A stretch of 64,000 bases of DNA from positions 32,364,001 through 32,428,000 of the forward strand of contig OX597839.1 of NCBI GenBank assembly GCA_951406725.2, in the 5' to 3' direction. Position 1 is the first letter of the stretch, and every line of letters starts with the position of its first letter. Source of the DNA: Octopus vulgaris. Lineage: Eukaryota. The notes below the pieces were generated by a model. That model ran no database searches. It saw only the letters and a program-made list of their open reading frames with translations, and was not told the origin of the DNA. Both the position numbers and the translations under genes were made by a program. Below are positions 13,212 through 28,247 of this stretch, piece by piece.

Positions 13212-14453
13212 GAAGTGAAGTCAAAAAGTATCCGAACATGATTTTTTTTTTGGCACAAAATAATAATGCGTGAGCAAAATCTGCATGGGTATTAGGTGGC
13301 CATGTCCCCCCACTGAGCATGCGCAAAGGTTTTCGTGCCTATAGGTTGTGTCAGTCGCCCGCAGTGACGCGTTGAATACAGACGTGAGGAGTGTACTATG
13401 TGATTTTTCTTTTTCAGTCATGATGACCAAACGCATTGACCAAACATACTGCATTAAATCCTGCCAAAAACTTGGTGATACACACGGCCAGGCTATCGAG
13501 AAGATTCAGAAGGCCTTTGGAGGTGATGCTGTGGGAAGAACAAATAAAGGAGTGGTACAGCCGTGGTGATCTCATTCTTGCTCACAACATCATCAGCGGA
13601 AAGTGTAACCTCTCGAAAGAGCTGTTCTTCACTCCTGCTCCAGAGCGTCGGCTGCGGGGTCATTCCGAAATGCTCTACCTGCGACGATTTCATCTCAATC
13701 GAAGGAGAGGGGCTTTCTCCGTCCGGGTTGCGGATCCGTGGAATAAGCTGCCGGACGAGATAGTGAAGATGCCGACGACCGCTCGGTTCAAAGCCTCCCT
13801 TGACCACAAGTGGCCTGAACTCTTTACATGAACACCACCCTGTACATAACTCCATGTCCCCCTACATGGCCTTGCTTTTTGCTTTTTGAGCCAAAATTAA
13901 CTAACTAACTAACTAACAAAGACAGCCACACCTCAGTGGACAGTGAGTCACGTTGTTGCAGACCATGTACTGGCAGAAATGACGAAATGATTTCAAAGGT
14001 TCAAGGAATCGTCCATGTAGACTGCAACGAAAACGACCCGACCCGACCCGCGGGCAAGCAAAGAACTGGCATTTCCACCATGATAACGCACCCGCTCATT
14101 CCGCCCACGTCGTCCAAGCATTCCTCGTCAAACAAAACAGACACCACTTGTTCGTCAGGTTTTCTACTCCCCAGACTTGACTCCATGTGACTTTTGGCTA
14201 TTCCCAAAGCTCAAAAAAAAAACACTCAAAGGGAGAAGATTTCAGTCAACAGAGGACATTAAGCACAATTCGACAGCACAGTTCTATATCTCAAAAATTG
14301 ATTTCCAGAAATGTTTCCAGCAGTGGCAGGAACGCTGGCAGAAGTCTGTAGACTTCCAAGATGAATACTTTGGAGGAGACTAAATCAAAATAGTGTGGTT
14401 TTTAATATTACTAGTTTTTTTACCAAAGGTCGGATGCTTTTTGACTACATGTA
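13212..14453 (+). mobile_element. mariner (DD34D) DNA transposon, internally deleted pseudo-transposase
   Basis: TIRs AGTCAAAAAGTATCCGA (13219-13235) and TCGGATGCTTTTTGACT (14430-14446). Peptides include CIKSCQKLG...IQKAFG, HHDNAPAH, YSPDLTPCDFWLFPKLK and FQQWQERWQK. Confidence 0.92.
13563..13917 (+). mobile_element. 5'-truncated CR1-clade LINE 3' end nested in the mariner
   Basis: Peptide RGDLILAHNII...LRGH...AFSVRVADPWNKLP...FKASLD, followed by a short 3'UTR and (TAAC)n tail. It interrupts the mariner EWYSR|KD. Confidence 0.88.
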
Positions 14454-14469
14454 TATATATGTATGTATA

Positions 14470-14530
<61 letters not shown>

Positions 14531-14624
14531 TTAATCCAAACAAGAAAGCACAAAAAAACACAACGCGAGGACGTGGAACAAATATAGTATTATTGGACGC
14601 TCATGAAAGAAGGAAAGAAGGAGG

Positions 14625-14659
14625 GTTTAACGTTTCGAGCGGAGCTCTTCGTCGGAAAC
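14625..14659 (-). ncRNA. minimal Type I hammerhead motif (U4C) in module 14528-14738
   Basis: Minus strand reads GUUU-CCGACGA-A-GAGC-UCC-GCUC-GAA-ACGU-U-AAAC. The module is flanked by (TA)n. Confidence 0.7.
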
Positions 14660-15196
14660 ATAGGAGAAGGAAAGATCCAGAGAAGGGAAGACAGAGGGAA
14701 AAAAATCGCCAACGGTACACACGCGGTCACATTTTGCATGATATATATATATACACACACACACATATTAGGTCTCATCTACACACACACACACACATAT
14801 GTTCACAATCAAAATTGTTAGTTTGATGTTCAGAAATGCAAAGACTTAATTACGACGTTTCGGAAAGAGTACTTCTTTAGAAAGTGGTGTAGACGAGGAC
14901 AAATGCAGAAAAGCAATAAAATGTTTACACTATGAGTAACACCAATGCTCAGACTGAGCTAGTGTGTAAGGATATGTATACGTGTGTGTGTTGTGTATTT
15001 ATATATCCTTGTATATAACCTAACATGCTAAGCAAAGTGGAGAGCCAGAGTATCCAAAGCCGCTCATGTCGAGCGTGCAGCGGCTCGTTGAGAGCGAGTG
15101 GCATGGAACTGCCAGCGTCTTCTAGATTCAAACGAGCCAGTTGGATGTGTTAGCCTCGAAGCTAAAGGATTACTAACGGGGACAGCGATTGTATAT

Positions 15197-15298
15197 CACC
15201 TGAGGAGATGCAACTGGCTCCTTTTATACAGGTAAACCGTTGCTTAATTAAAATCCTGTGTATATGTGGGTCTATGTTATATCGAAACAGGTGTAGTG
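15197..15298 (+). ncRNA. Type I hammerhead ribozyme motif with long stem II
   Basis: CAC-CUGAGGA-GAUGCAAC...GUUAUAUC-GAA-ACAGGUGU-A-GUG has a canonical core and a GUA site. Confidence 0.7.
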
Positions 15299-15364
15299 TT
15301 TATTAAATAGCTGTCTAACCGTACTCCTTCCTGCTATTTTAAACAGTCGAAACCCTCACGACGT

Positions 15365-15577
15365 AGGAGGGCTCGACAATTTCTTACCGAACAACCACAT
15401 AGATGACATTACCTGTACAGGTGCAACTGGGTGCCACGTGTCAGATGTCGAAATGATCGCAGAGCAACGTGAAAATGAAGGGCTTTGATCAAGAACACAA
15501 CGCGACGCCCGGTCTGGGAATCGAACCCACGACCTCGCAATGTTGAGTGCAATACCTTAACTACTAAGCCATGCGCC

Positions 15578-15580
<3 letters not shown>
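15365..15580 (-). mobile_element. tRNA/CORE-type SINE (family E)
   Basis: Head GAAGGCGCATGGCTTAGTAGTTAAGG...GGTTCGATTCC. A homologous copy lies at 61670-61943. Confidence 0.8.
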
Positions 15581-15630
<50 letters not shown>

Positions 15631-16004
15631 GCATACATGTTTGCATATACACGCTTCTATGTGCGTATGTATAAACCCTTGTATGTATGCATATACATAT
15701 ACGCGCTTGTATGTATGTATACCCGCTTCTGTGTGTGCATATACACATATACTCTTATGTGTCTATGTATATATGCTTGTGTTTGTGTATGTGTACGCGC
15801 GCGTGTGAATACATAAGAGATCTACGATATGTAAACGTGTGTAAGTTTCGTGCATATAAGTATATATACACACATTTATATGTATGTACATAGTCACACT
15901 CAACTTCATGTGCATATATGTATGCGTGCCCACCCCCACCACCAATACCGGATATCTCTATATTTTGCTCCATCTATACCGGATGTCGCTTCTCCCACCA
16001 CCAT

Positions 16005-16140
16005 TATAGGTGTCTACTCTTCTGCCAGACTAGACTGGAGCCTGGGGCAGTCCCTAGCTCCCCAGACCCCGGTCGAAACCGTCCAACCCGTGCTAGCGCG
16101 GAAAACGGACGTTAAACGATGATGATGATGATGATGATGA
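16005..16140 (+). mobile_element. LINE/SINE 3' tail (RTE-like) ending in (GAT)n
   Basis: ...CCGTCCAACCCGTGCTAGCGCGGAAAACGGACGTTAAAC followed by (GAT)n. Confidence 0.55.
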
Positions 16141-16942
16141 TATATATTTATATATATATATGTATGTATGCATGTATGTATGCATGTATGTATGTACGTA
16201 TGTATGTGCGTACGTATGTGTGTATGTATGTATGTATGTATGTATGTATGTATGTATGTATGTATGTTTGTATCTTTGTATGTATCTTTGATTGTACGTG
16301 TGTAGTTGAAAACCTATTCTGAGTTACTCCGTCTGTTTAAAACCATGGGAAAAACTCAGACTTTATCCTAAACCTTTTGATCTAATCTCTCTCTCTCTCT
16401 CTCCCTCTCCCTCTCTACTCTAACCAATGTATTGAGTTCTATACCAGATAATGTTTCCACTTCGTCAAAACACTCTTTAATATACGTTTATAATTGTTAC
16501 GCTATCGCGTGTGTCTCTGTGTGTGCAGATACACCCGCAAACACACACACACACACACATACACACGCACATATATATATATATATATATATATATACGC
16601 TCATGTGTGTATATATGTATTTATATGTGTGTGTGTGTGTGTGTGTTGTGGCCTCTAGAGGTAGGTAAAGCGTGGTAGTGGGGGGTGGTGAAAGGAACGC
16701 GTAGTTATGGCGTACATTTTGTCCCTGAGGGCAACAACGCAGTAATTGAAGTACTTCTTCCGGAAATCGAAACGAGATCGTGAACTGAATTCCCCGAGAA
16801 TGTCGAATCACGTGCTTGCCACACACACACACACACACCTCCTCTCTCTCTCTTTCTCTCTATGTCTTAGCTTCAAAAGTATTTCAGTTTTTACATATAT
16901 ATATATGTATGTACGCACATAATCTGCCACTGTGTGTCTGTT

Positions 16943-16973
<31 letters not shown>

Positions 16974-17589
16974 CGGCGTGTCTCTTACAGAAGTACAGTC
17001 AATTGACCTGATGCTTCACCAAAGAGATCGATATTCTATAAATGTTTAAAATTAACTGTTTAGAGTGCACAAGAATCAGAACGTTGAGGAATTTATACTT
17101 GCGAAGTTGTACAAAACACACACACACAAACACACACACAAAGTATATATTTAAGCATTGTATCTAACAATGTGATTCGTTACCGATGGCCACATGTTTC
17201 GTCCAACACTCATTCTTTCATTCCTCTTATGCCGACCCCTCATTTCTCCCTTCAGTTTGTCCTCTCATTTCTTTCAGTTATTCGATCATTTTTTCAATCC
17301 ATCATTCGTGATTCCATTCCTCGTTCCTGTGTTCTCTTATACTTTTTCTCTTTCAATTCATTCACTTCTTCATATTTTCATTCTGCCATTTGAGATTTCA
17401 GTCCTTCCTTTATTCCTTCTTTCCCCTCGTTTATTCGTTCAGTCATTGTTTCATTCTGAATTCCTTCCTCGCACCAAACCATTCTTTCTTTCTATACGTC
17501 TACGTGCTCGATCAACCGGCCAGACATCGTAGCCAAATCTACTTCAAATTACACCTTAACATCTGAACCCCCCCCCCGGTAAGGTCACT

Positions 17590-17629
<40 letters not shown>

Positions 17630-17630
17630 G

Positions 17631-17758
<128 letters not shown>

Positions 17759-17761
17759 ATA

Positions 17762-18020
17762 TGGATGCGCGTGGCTTGGTGGTTAGGGTGTCAGCATCAT
17801 GATCGTAAGATTGTAGTTTCGATTCCTGGACCGGGCGACGCGTTGTGTCCTTGAGCAAAACACTTCATTTCACGTTGCTCCAGTCCACTCAGCTGGCAGA
17901 AATGAGTAACGCTGCGATGGACTGGCGTCCCGTCCAGCTGGGGAACACATACGCCATGGAAACCGGGAAACCAGGAAACTGGGCCCATGAGCCTGGCTAG
18001 GCTTTAAAAGGACGCATTTA
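17762..18020 (+). mobile_element. tRNA-derived SINE with CORE-like middle and V-domain-like tail
   Basis: A/B boxes, GTGTCCTTGAGCAAAACAC, and CTGCGATGGACTGGCGTCCCGTCCAG tail shared with family C. Confidence 0.8.
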
Positions 18021-18034
18021 TGTATATATATATG

Positions 18035-18231
18035 CACGAAAGGGTGCTGAAAGGGTCTGGCTGTAGGCCCAACCTTCCGAGTTCTTTTACAGGGCGTAGA
18101 AAAGCTGAAGGGCCACTGAAATAAGTGTGTGAATCTGAGAGAGGAATATGGTCAATAAAATCCTAATCAACTGATCCTCATCCTATATTTTCTTTTACCC
18201 AAAGCCGAAATCTTTTCAGCATCCCTTCGTA
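18035..18231 (+). mobile_element. mariner-derived MITE
   Basis: TIRs CGAAAGGGTGCTGAAAG and CTTTTCAGCATCCCTTCGTA. The interior encodes a decayed mariner C-terminus (EKLKGH*NKCVNLREEY). Confidence 0.75.
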
Positions 18232-18601
18232 GTGTTTAAACAACCACCATATTTAGTGGTATTACTAGTTTTTTTTTTTATATACGGAGCAAACGCAGAA
18301 AAGATTAACACAAACGCATTCATTTTACTTGCTCCTAAATACATCATTTCACCATTATGATGGTTTGGAAATTCTGCTTTGGCTGTTCCAAGTGTAATTG
18401 GCTGCTTAACTACAATGGATCACCAGGGAACACTTTATTGCATTCGGTTACTGAGAGTTTTAATTGCTCGGTATTTCATAACTAGAAATACTACGAAGTA
18501 TAGGACGTTACTTAGCCATTAGACTGGAAGCAGACGATAATCTATGAGGAGATCTAAGCACATCAATAGCAGTAATACATCCATTTGTGTACACACAAGG
18601 T

Positions 18602-18644
<43 letters not shown>

Positions 18645-18648
<4 letters not shown>

Positions 18649-18800
18649 GAGTGGCTGTGTGGTAAGTAGCTTGCTTATCAACCACATGGTTCTGGTTTCA
18701 GTCCCACTGTATGGCACCTTGGGCAAGTGTCATCTACTACAGCCTCAGGCAAACCAAAGCCTTGAGAGTGGATTTGGAAGACGGAAACTGAAAGAAGCCC

Positions 18801-18851
<51 letters not shown>

Positions 18852-19030
18852 TTTATCCCCGCCACTATCGCTTGACAATCGATGTTGCTGCATTTACGTG
18901 CCCGTAACCTAGCGATTCGGCAAAAGGGAACGATAGAATAAGTACTAGGCTTACAAAGAATAAGTCCAAGGGTCGATTTGTTCGACTGAAGACGGTGCTC
19001 CTCATGACCACAGTCAACTTATGACTGAAC
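18645..19030 (+). mobile_element. family B SINE
   Basis: Homologous to 8352-8785, with an internal microsatellite. Confidence 0.85.
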
Positions 19031-19121
19031 CAAACCACCTGTCTTCGTCTTTTGTTTTGTTTTTTTAAAAATTTAAATTTATATATATATGTGTGTGTGT
19101 GTGTGTGTATATACACACACA

Positions 19122-19170
<49 letters not shown>

Positions 19171-19319
19171 AGGGTAAGCCAGACGTCACGCAAAAATACG
19201 CTCAATACGTGTGTAAGTCACGCACAAAATGAATTCACCACGCTCCGGAATTGTCAAAGACATGCTTTAGTTTTTCTGAAATTGAATGAAATAAATAGAA
19301 TGATGATGAATACACACAC

Positions 19320-19507
19320 TCACTTGGGGTGGGTGGGGGGTAGTCGATTACATCGCCACCAGTACTCTGCTGGTACTTATTTTATCGACCCCGAAAGGAT
19401 GAAAGGCAAAGTCGACGACGGCGGAGTTTGAACTCAGAACATAAAGACGGACGAAATGCCGCTAAGCATTTTGCCCGGCGTGTTTACGATTCTGCCATCT
19501 GGTCACC

Positions 19508-19557
<50 letters not shown>

Positions 19558-19735
19558 CCTTTCTACTAAAGGCACAAGGTCTGAAATTTGGTGGGAGGGA
19601 ACTAGTTGATTACATCGACCCCAGTGTTTCGTTGGTACTTGATCTATCGATCCCAAAAGACGAAAGGCAAAGTCGACATCAGTGGAATTTGAATTCAGAA
19701 TGTAAAGATGGACGAAATGCCGCTAAGCATTTCTC

Positions 19736-19773
<38 letters not shown>

Positions 19774-20135
19774 GTAATAATAATTACGGAGATGTACTTG
19801 CATAGCAAGTGACTTGATCTGAGATCGTGTGCTGAAACAAAACCTGTTTGATCGTGGAAGGTGTTTATAAACCGTTGTAAAAATACACAAAATATACCTA
19901 TTTCTTTACTACCCACAAGGGGCTAAACATAGAGGGGACAAACAAGGACAGAGAAACGGATTAAATAGATTACATCGACCCCAGTGCGTAACTGGTACTT
20001 AAATTTATCGACCCCGAAAGGATGAAAGGCAAAGTCGACATCGGTGGAATTTGAACTCAGAACGTAACGGCAGACGAAATACGGCTACGCATTTCGCCCC
20101 GGCGTGCTAACGTTTCTGCCAGCTCGCCCGCCTTA
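19320..20135 (-). mobile_element. cluster of three family A SINEs separated by (AAT)n
   Basis: Copies at ~19320-19510, 19555-19735 and 19899-20135; the last carries the new AAGAAATA tail. Confidence 0.85.
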
Positions 20136-20660
20136 ACCTTAATATGAATAAAATGTCAACTGTTTTGGTGCATGACTTTTGGCCCACCTTGCGCGCGCAC
20201 ACGCACACACACACGGATTCTGTCTAATGACGTAATGACGTAGATATGTGCACTAAGTGCTCGGGTTAGCTTGCCACCAAAGCTCCTACTTGAACTGCGA
20301 CTAAAACAAAAGTAGTTTTGTAGCTGGCAAGCAACGAACGGCTATAAGTGGTCCGTCATTGAGCGGGAACGCACAGACAGGACACGTGGTATCACTTCCG
20401 AGCATGGCGTTTATAATTCAGGCATCATTGCAGAACTTTTTAGACTAAATAAAAGATTAAGAAATAATGCATATAGACATACACGGCAGGCTTCCTTATA
20501 GTTTCTTTATACCAAATTTATTTACGAAGCATTGGTCGATTGATGGCATAATAGAAAACACTTGCACAATGTGACGCAGAGTAGGACCGAACCCGAGAGA
20601 ACGTTGTTGGGAATGGAACTTCTGAATCACTCAACCATACTGAAATGGTGGACATGCAAG

Positions 20661-20711
<51 letters not shown>

Positions 20712-20802
20712 GGGAGAGTTTACGAAAAAAAACAAAAGACGAAGACAGGAGGTGTACAAAACAAACAGATGTATTAGTATAACGCTCAGGAATAGAAAAA
20801 GT

Positions 20803-20838
20803 CTTTTACGTTTCGAGCCTACACTCTTCTACAGAAAG
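20803..20838 (-). ncRNA. minimal Type I hammerhead motif, A6U variant (module 20711-20850)
   Basis: Minus strand reads CUUU-CUGUAGA-A-GAGU-GUAG-GCUC-GAA-ACGU-A-AAAG. Same family as 4762. Confidence 0.7.
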
Positions 20839-20874
20839 TGACACAGGAAATTTGAACTCAGAACGTAGAATGTT

Positions 20875-20914
<40 letters not shown>

Positions 20915-21118
20915 CGTACATACATACACACACACACAAATATTCTATAATTATAAACACAATTATAATTAGGGGTCAGCTAATTGCTTCACCACATACC
21001 GAATTTAGAAATAGGAGTTAAAAATCCCTTTTCTACTACTGTAAGAATCTCCACTACAGTAACATACTTTTTTTGCGAAGGCAAAGAGAAAAACAATGAA
21101 TCAACACGACTCCGTTTA

Positions 21119-21179
21119 GCCACAGACGCGTTTCGAGATTAAAGTGTTTAAAATTACTTACTTCTCTCTTCAGTGTAGC
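21119..21179 (-). ncRNA. canonical Type I hammerhead ribozyme motif
   Basis: Minus strand reads GCUACA-CUGAAGA-GAGA...UCUC-GAA-ACGCGU-C-UGUGGC, with a 6-bp stem I, palindromic stem III and a GUC site. Confidence 0.85.
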
Positions 21180-21320
21180 ATTTCCAATTATAAAATTTGA
21201 AAGTGCTAAGGTTAAATATGCACACGATCGGGCGACATCGTGCAACAACTATCCAACCTACTCTTCTAAAATTTACGCAGCCTAATGTACATACACTATT
21301 CATTCCTTGTACCCATTATA

Positions 21321-21556
21321 TATATTTCTTTACTGCCCACAAGGGGCTAAACATAGAGGAGACAAACAAGAACAGACAAATGGATCAAGTCGATTATATC
21401 GACGCCAGTGCGAAACTGGTACTTTATTTATCGACCCCGAAAGGATGAAAGGCAAAGTCGACCTCGGCGGAATTTGAACTCAGAACGTAACGGCAGACGA
21501 AATACCGCTAAGCATTTCGCCCGGTGTGCTAACGATTCTGCCAGCTCCTCGCCGCC
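21321..21556 (-). mobile_element. full-length family A SINE with ~18-bp TSD
   Basis: TSD TTCCTTGTACCCATTATA (21303-21320) and TTCCTCGTACTCATTATA (21557-21574). Confidence 0.9.
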
Positions 21557-21647
21557 TTCCTCGTACTCATTATAGCCATTCATTGCTTGCCAGCTACAAC
21601 AGTACCGTATATATATTGTTTAAAACACGCCAAGAAAAATTTTGAAA

Positions 21648-21710
21648 CCACCTGATGAATGACTGCGACTCAAAAATTTGATGACAGCAGCCAGGAAACG
21701 ATCGTAGTGG
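21648..21710 (+). ncRNA. Type I hammerhead ribozyme motif
   Basis: CCAC-CUGAUGA-(extended stem II, first pair mismatched)-GAA-ACGAUCGU-A-GUGG. A (TA)n tract lies ~130 nt downstream. Confidence 0.75.
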
Positions 21711-21833
21711 ATATTAATTATATTTTTTAATAATTGTTACATATTTAAATAATATACATTAATTTATGTATTGGCTTAAGTCTTTCATTGTTTGATTTGC
21801 CTAATAGTGGTTTTGTCTCTAATTTAATATAAT

Positions 21834-21904
<71 letters not shown>

Positions 21905-22802
21905 CACACACACTCACGCACATATATATATACATACATGGTGACCGGCTAGACTATCAAATGCTGTTATACATCGCTGATCACAATACACTTTGCATTG
22001 TGGATGGTCCTTCGAAGGCACCGGCTATTGTTTTTTTTTCTTTCTGATAAAGTTCATAGCAAGAAGTAAAAAAAAAAAAGGAAAGCTTACAGCACAACGT
22101 GGCTTAAACCATGACGGAAACAATAGCTTACAACCACAAAAGATTGTGGTTTATCTTTTTTGGGGCGGGGAGGGGGTGATAAAATAATTATTCGAAATAT
22201 TTATATTGTGAATTATAGATTATTAGTTTTGGTCGGATGCCAGGAATACCTAGGGAGCAGCATTAACGATTAAATCTACCCGGAACTATTATCGAACCGT
22301 TTCTACTTCTCCACCCGTTCTATAATATTGTAAATTATAATTCATTAATAAATTGAAGACGAGGGACTTCGATCTATTATTTTTTTTTCTTTTGGCGTGT
22401 TTAGTGTCTATCCTGCACTTAATGGAGCTCTTCGGTCACTGAAAACATAAAAAAAGCACTGTATTATGGTACAGAAGTTTCTAATATAGAAAATGCGGAG
22501 TGGTGTTGCCAGAAACGGGCGGGACAAAATGAATTGTCGTTGTTGCGTCTCTTTACGTTCTGCGTTCGAATCCCGTTCAGTTCAACTCGCCTTTTATTCT
22601 TCTGGGCCGATAAAACACACTCATTCTCTGCCTCACACATACACATTTCTTTTATAATATTGACCGATTTTCATCCCTGCCATCCCTATGTCTCGTTTCC
22701 TCTTAGAATAGACTCTTTTGTCCCTGGCCTCCTTCTATTTGCCGGAATATAGTTTGGTAAAGGAATCGCTTATTTTAATTAGTATCTAATCTTCGTATTC
22801 AC

Positions 22803-23071
22803 TAATGGTTCTCAGCTGAGATCCATAAGTTCCCTTATGGGTGGGGGGAGGGTCCATATAAGATTTTGCTGTTAAAATTTATCTGTAATAAACGGGTTTT
22901 ACTTTTGGAGTACACAAGATAGTTTAACAATTTTTTTTAACAATTCCTGAAATAATATTTAATCATAAAAATATAAAATCATTTTTTTTAAACATTGAAT
23001 AGCATTGAGGGTCCATGAGCAAAACGGGATTCAAAAGGGGTCCATAGGGTAAAAATAGCTGAGAACCACTG
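22803..23071. mobile_element. hAT-like MITE
   Basis: TIRs TAATGGTTCTCAGCT and AGCTGAGAACCACTG, with an imperfect 8-bp TSD GTATTCAC / GTGTACAC. Confidence 0.65.
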
Positions 23072-23207
23072 GTGTACACCAACACACACACACCACACAT
23101 ACACACACAAGGAAGTATTGAGACTAATTGAAAATATGTCTGATTATAAGCAAACAATTGTTGAGAATGTATACGAGACAGCCATTCATTAAAAACTACA
23201 CAGCCAC

Positions 23208-24296
23208 ACATACGTACGTACGTACGTACATACATACATGCATACATACATACATACATACATACATACATACATACATACACACATACACGCATACATA
23301 CATACACACATGCATACATACATACATACATACACACATGCATACATACATACATACATACATACACACATGCATACATACATACATACATACATACATA
23401 CATACATACATACACACATACATACATACATACATACATACATACATACATACATACACACATACATACATGCATACATACATACATACATACATACATA
23501 CATACATAAATACATACATACATACATACATACATACACACATACATGCATACATACATACACACATGCATACATACATACATACATACATACATACATA
23601 CATACATACATACATACATACATACATACATACATACATACATACATACATACACACATACACGCATACATACATACACACATACATACATACATACATA
23701 CATACATACACACATACATACATACATACATACATACATACATACATACATACACACATACATACATACATACATACATACATACATACATACATACATA
23801 AATACATACATACATACATACATACATACACACATACACGCATACATACATACACACATGCATACATACATACATACATACATACATACACACATGCATA
23901 CATGCATGCATACATACATACATACATACATACATACATACATACATACATGCATACATACATACATACATACATACACACATGCATACATACATGCATG
24001 CATACATACATGCATACATACACACATACATACACACATACATACATACATACACACATACATACATACATACATACATACATACATGCATACATACATA
24101 CATACATACATACATACATACATACATACATACATACATACATACATACATACATACATACATACATACATACATACATACATACATACACATACATACA
24201 TACATACATACATACATACATACATACATACATACATACATACATACATACATACATACATACATACATACATACATACATACATACATACATACG
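23208..24296. repeat. 1.1-kb (CATA)n satellite with variant units
   Basis: Directly visible. Confidence 0.97.
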
Positions 24297-24487
24297 TATG
24301 TATTTATACCAATGATAGCGCTAAATGTTACACACAGATATAAATTAAATTATTCGTTCCAAACGATTCCAGCAAAGTGCTCGATGAAGAAATCGGTTCA
24401 AGTTTTCTGTTACATTGTAATATTAAAATAGAAATATGCTTTCAGGAGAAATGACACACGAGAATGCGATATTTTGTGTGTCTGTCT

Positions 24488-24569
<82 letters not shown>

Positions 24570-24667
24570 GGCTGAAAATGTGTCACATGTTATACATATG
24601 TATTTTATTTAATGAAAACAAATTTAACTTTTTAAGGGGGAAAGGCCTTTTGCCTTTTGTAGAAAGT

Positions 24668-25607
<940 letters not shown>

Positions 25608-26467
25608 AAAAAAAAAAAGAAAAAATCCAAATTGTTATCATTTTGCTGTTGTCACTTAGATTCTCTCTTGTAAGTTTCCAGACTTTTAAAGTTCGATAAT
25701 AACCAAATAATATAAGGTAACAAAAAAAATAAGGTATAAAAAGAAAAAAAAGAATTAAATTCTAACAAGAAACGTTTCGAAGAATCTGAAAGAATATTTT
25801 TGCGAGTGAGAGGTGCGACGCGTGTGAGGCGAAGAAACCATGTAAACTTGAAAGTTGTACAAATGGTTTATTGTGAAGTTGGGAAGGTTACATCGAGTCT
25901 GAACGTGACTAATTTGAATGTTGAGGGCATGATCTCACTTGGGCTTAACAAAGCATTTATAGTTCTGGTTTATGTTAGTCTGCCGAGGGAGAGAGAGAGA
26001 GAGAAAGAGAGAGGACTTATACACACACACACACACGTGTATATGCGTGTACACTGACACAGAATATAGAAACACATACACACACACGTACATTCATGAC
26101 AAATACAACAGATTGTCCTAATACACGTGTTACAAGTAAAGCACAAAAAGATTTTCCACACACACACACACACGCACACACACACACACACACACATACG
26201 CATGTGGTGTGTGTTTGTGTAAGATAGAGAACCATACACACACACACACACGTTCGTGTTTGCATATGCGAGAAAAAGAGCTGGCTACTTGGTATAGTGA
26301 GTGTGTGTGTGTATGTGTGTGTGTGTGTGTATTCAGTAGAGATGCCTTCTCCACGAAGAGAATATGTATATATTTATTTTATCGGCTTCGGCTACGGGTT
26401 GTAGCTATACTGGGCCATTTCTCTTTCTCTCTCTCTCTCCCTGTATATATATATATATATATATATA

Positions 26468-26765
26468 CTAGCATTATCGGCTGGCGTTGCTCGGGTTTGT
26501 AAGGGAAATAACTATATAAGCATTTTTAGAGAGTTATAGCCAAAAAACAGCAAAAAAATGCATTAAAAATGGGAAAAAAATTATGGTAAATTTTTTTTAA
26601 AAATCGTTGACTCATCGTAGACGCGCGCTAATACCCAGAAGGGCTCGATATGAATAATGACTATAAGATACCCGGTTTTGGTTAAACTGCACCGCAAAAT
26701 GTGGGAGTAGTTAGGAATCTAAATCGTAGGAGACAGACACACAACTTCTCTTTTATATATAAAGA
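26468..26765 (-). mobile_element. non-autonomous Helitron (same family as 5921)
   Basis: TC...CTAG termini and high identity to 5921-6314, without the internal duplication. Confidence 0.85.
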
Positions 26766-27099
26766 TATATATATACCTTCACACACACACACACACACAG
26801 GTAAGTGCAGATTACCATACTTAAAATGGTGATCAGAAAATTGTTAATCAATTGGAATTCTGTAACCGTTGTGTGAAAAAACAAACATCAACACTAATAA
26901 TTGGTATTTAAAAAATGACAAGGGAGAGAACTCGAATATTTATTGAACGAATATTAAATGGGAATATGTAAACAGGAGTGATAAACCCGGGTATGTTTCG
27001 GCCGTGTTACATCTCTTCAGGAAAGCATAATTGATAGCCAACTACAAAAATCACAATTATTCGAAAAGAAAGTTTTTGTAATTGTGATAATTGTAATAA

Positions 27100-27685
<586 letters not shown>

Positions 27686-28215
27686 GTACCAGGCAGTGGC
27701 TCTCATGGCTTCTGATCTTAACTGATTGGAAGTGTTATCATGTACATTGTTTTGTCTTGGTATAAAAGATGGGCTACAGCAAATATTCTGCTCAATACCT
27801 CAGATTTGGTTGTCAGTTGTTTGACCTTAACCAGTTGACCATGTCCCTTGGTGGCTGACAATATGTGCAGAAGTTGAGGGGGGGAGCATCATAGCCACGT
27901 GTTGAGGGGGATTCTTCAGAGTTTGGATAATTCACCTTTGGAAGCATGGACGTTTCGTTCAACATCCTTAAACAGTCCTTATTCAGGGACCTTTTGAGCG
28001 GGATGGGCTACTCGACCTGAAGAAAATTCTAACTGGGCCCCACCTGCAAGGTCATGTGCTGTTTATCTTGATATGAGATCACCATGTCGCGCACATATGG
28101 TTGTGATATATGTGCCTGGTGTACCCTTATCAGACGGGTAGTCATGATGGGTATATTGGGCTTCGTATATTTGTACCCCAGTGTCACTTTGATGGCATGA
28201 ACTGCTCTCTCACTC

Positions 28216-28216
<1 letters not shown>
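27686..28216 (+). mobile_element. non-coding retroelement 3' region with (AAT)n tail
   Basis: Three copies (here, 56998-57255 on +, 58773-59221 on -). It ends ...CTCTCTCACTC(AAT)n. Confidence 0.8.

Positions 28217-28247
<31 letters not shown>

Noticed and set aside
26985-27026. Hammerhead-like CUGAAGA...CGAAAC on the minus strand (also 14851-14885 and 44395-44425)
   Set aside because: The stems or core are too degraded to draw a valid fold.
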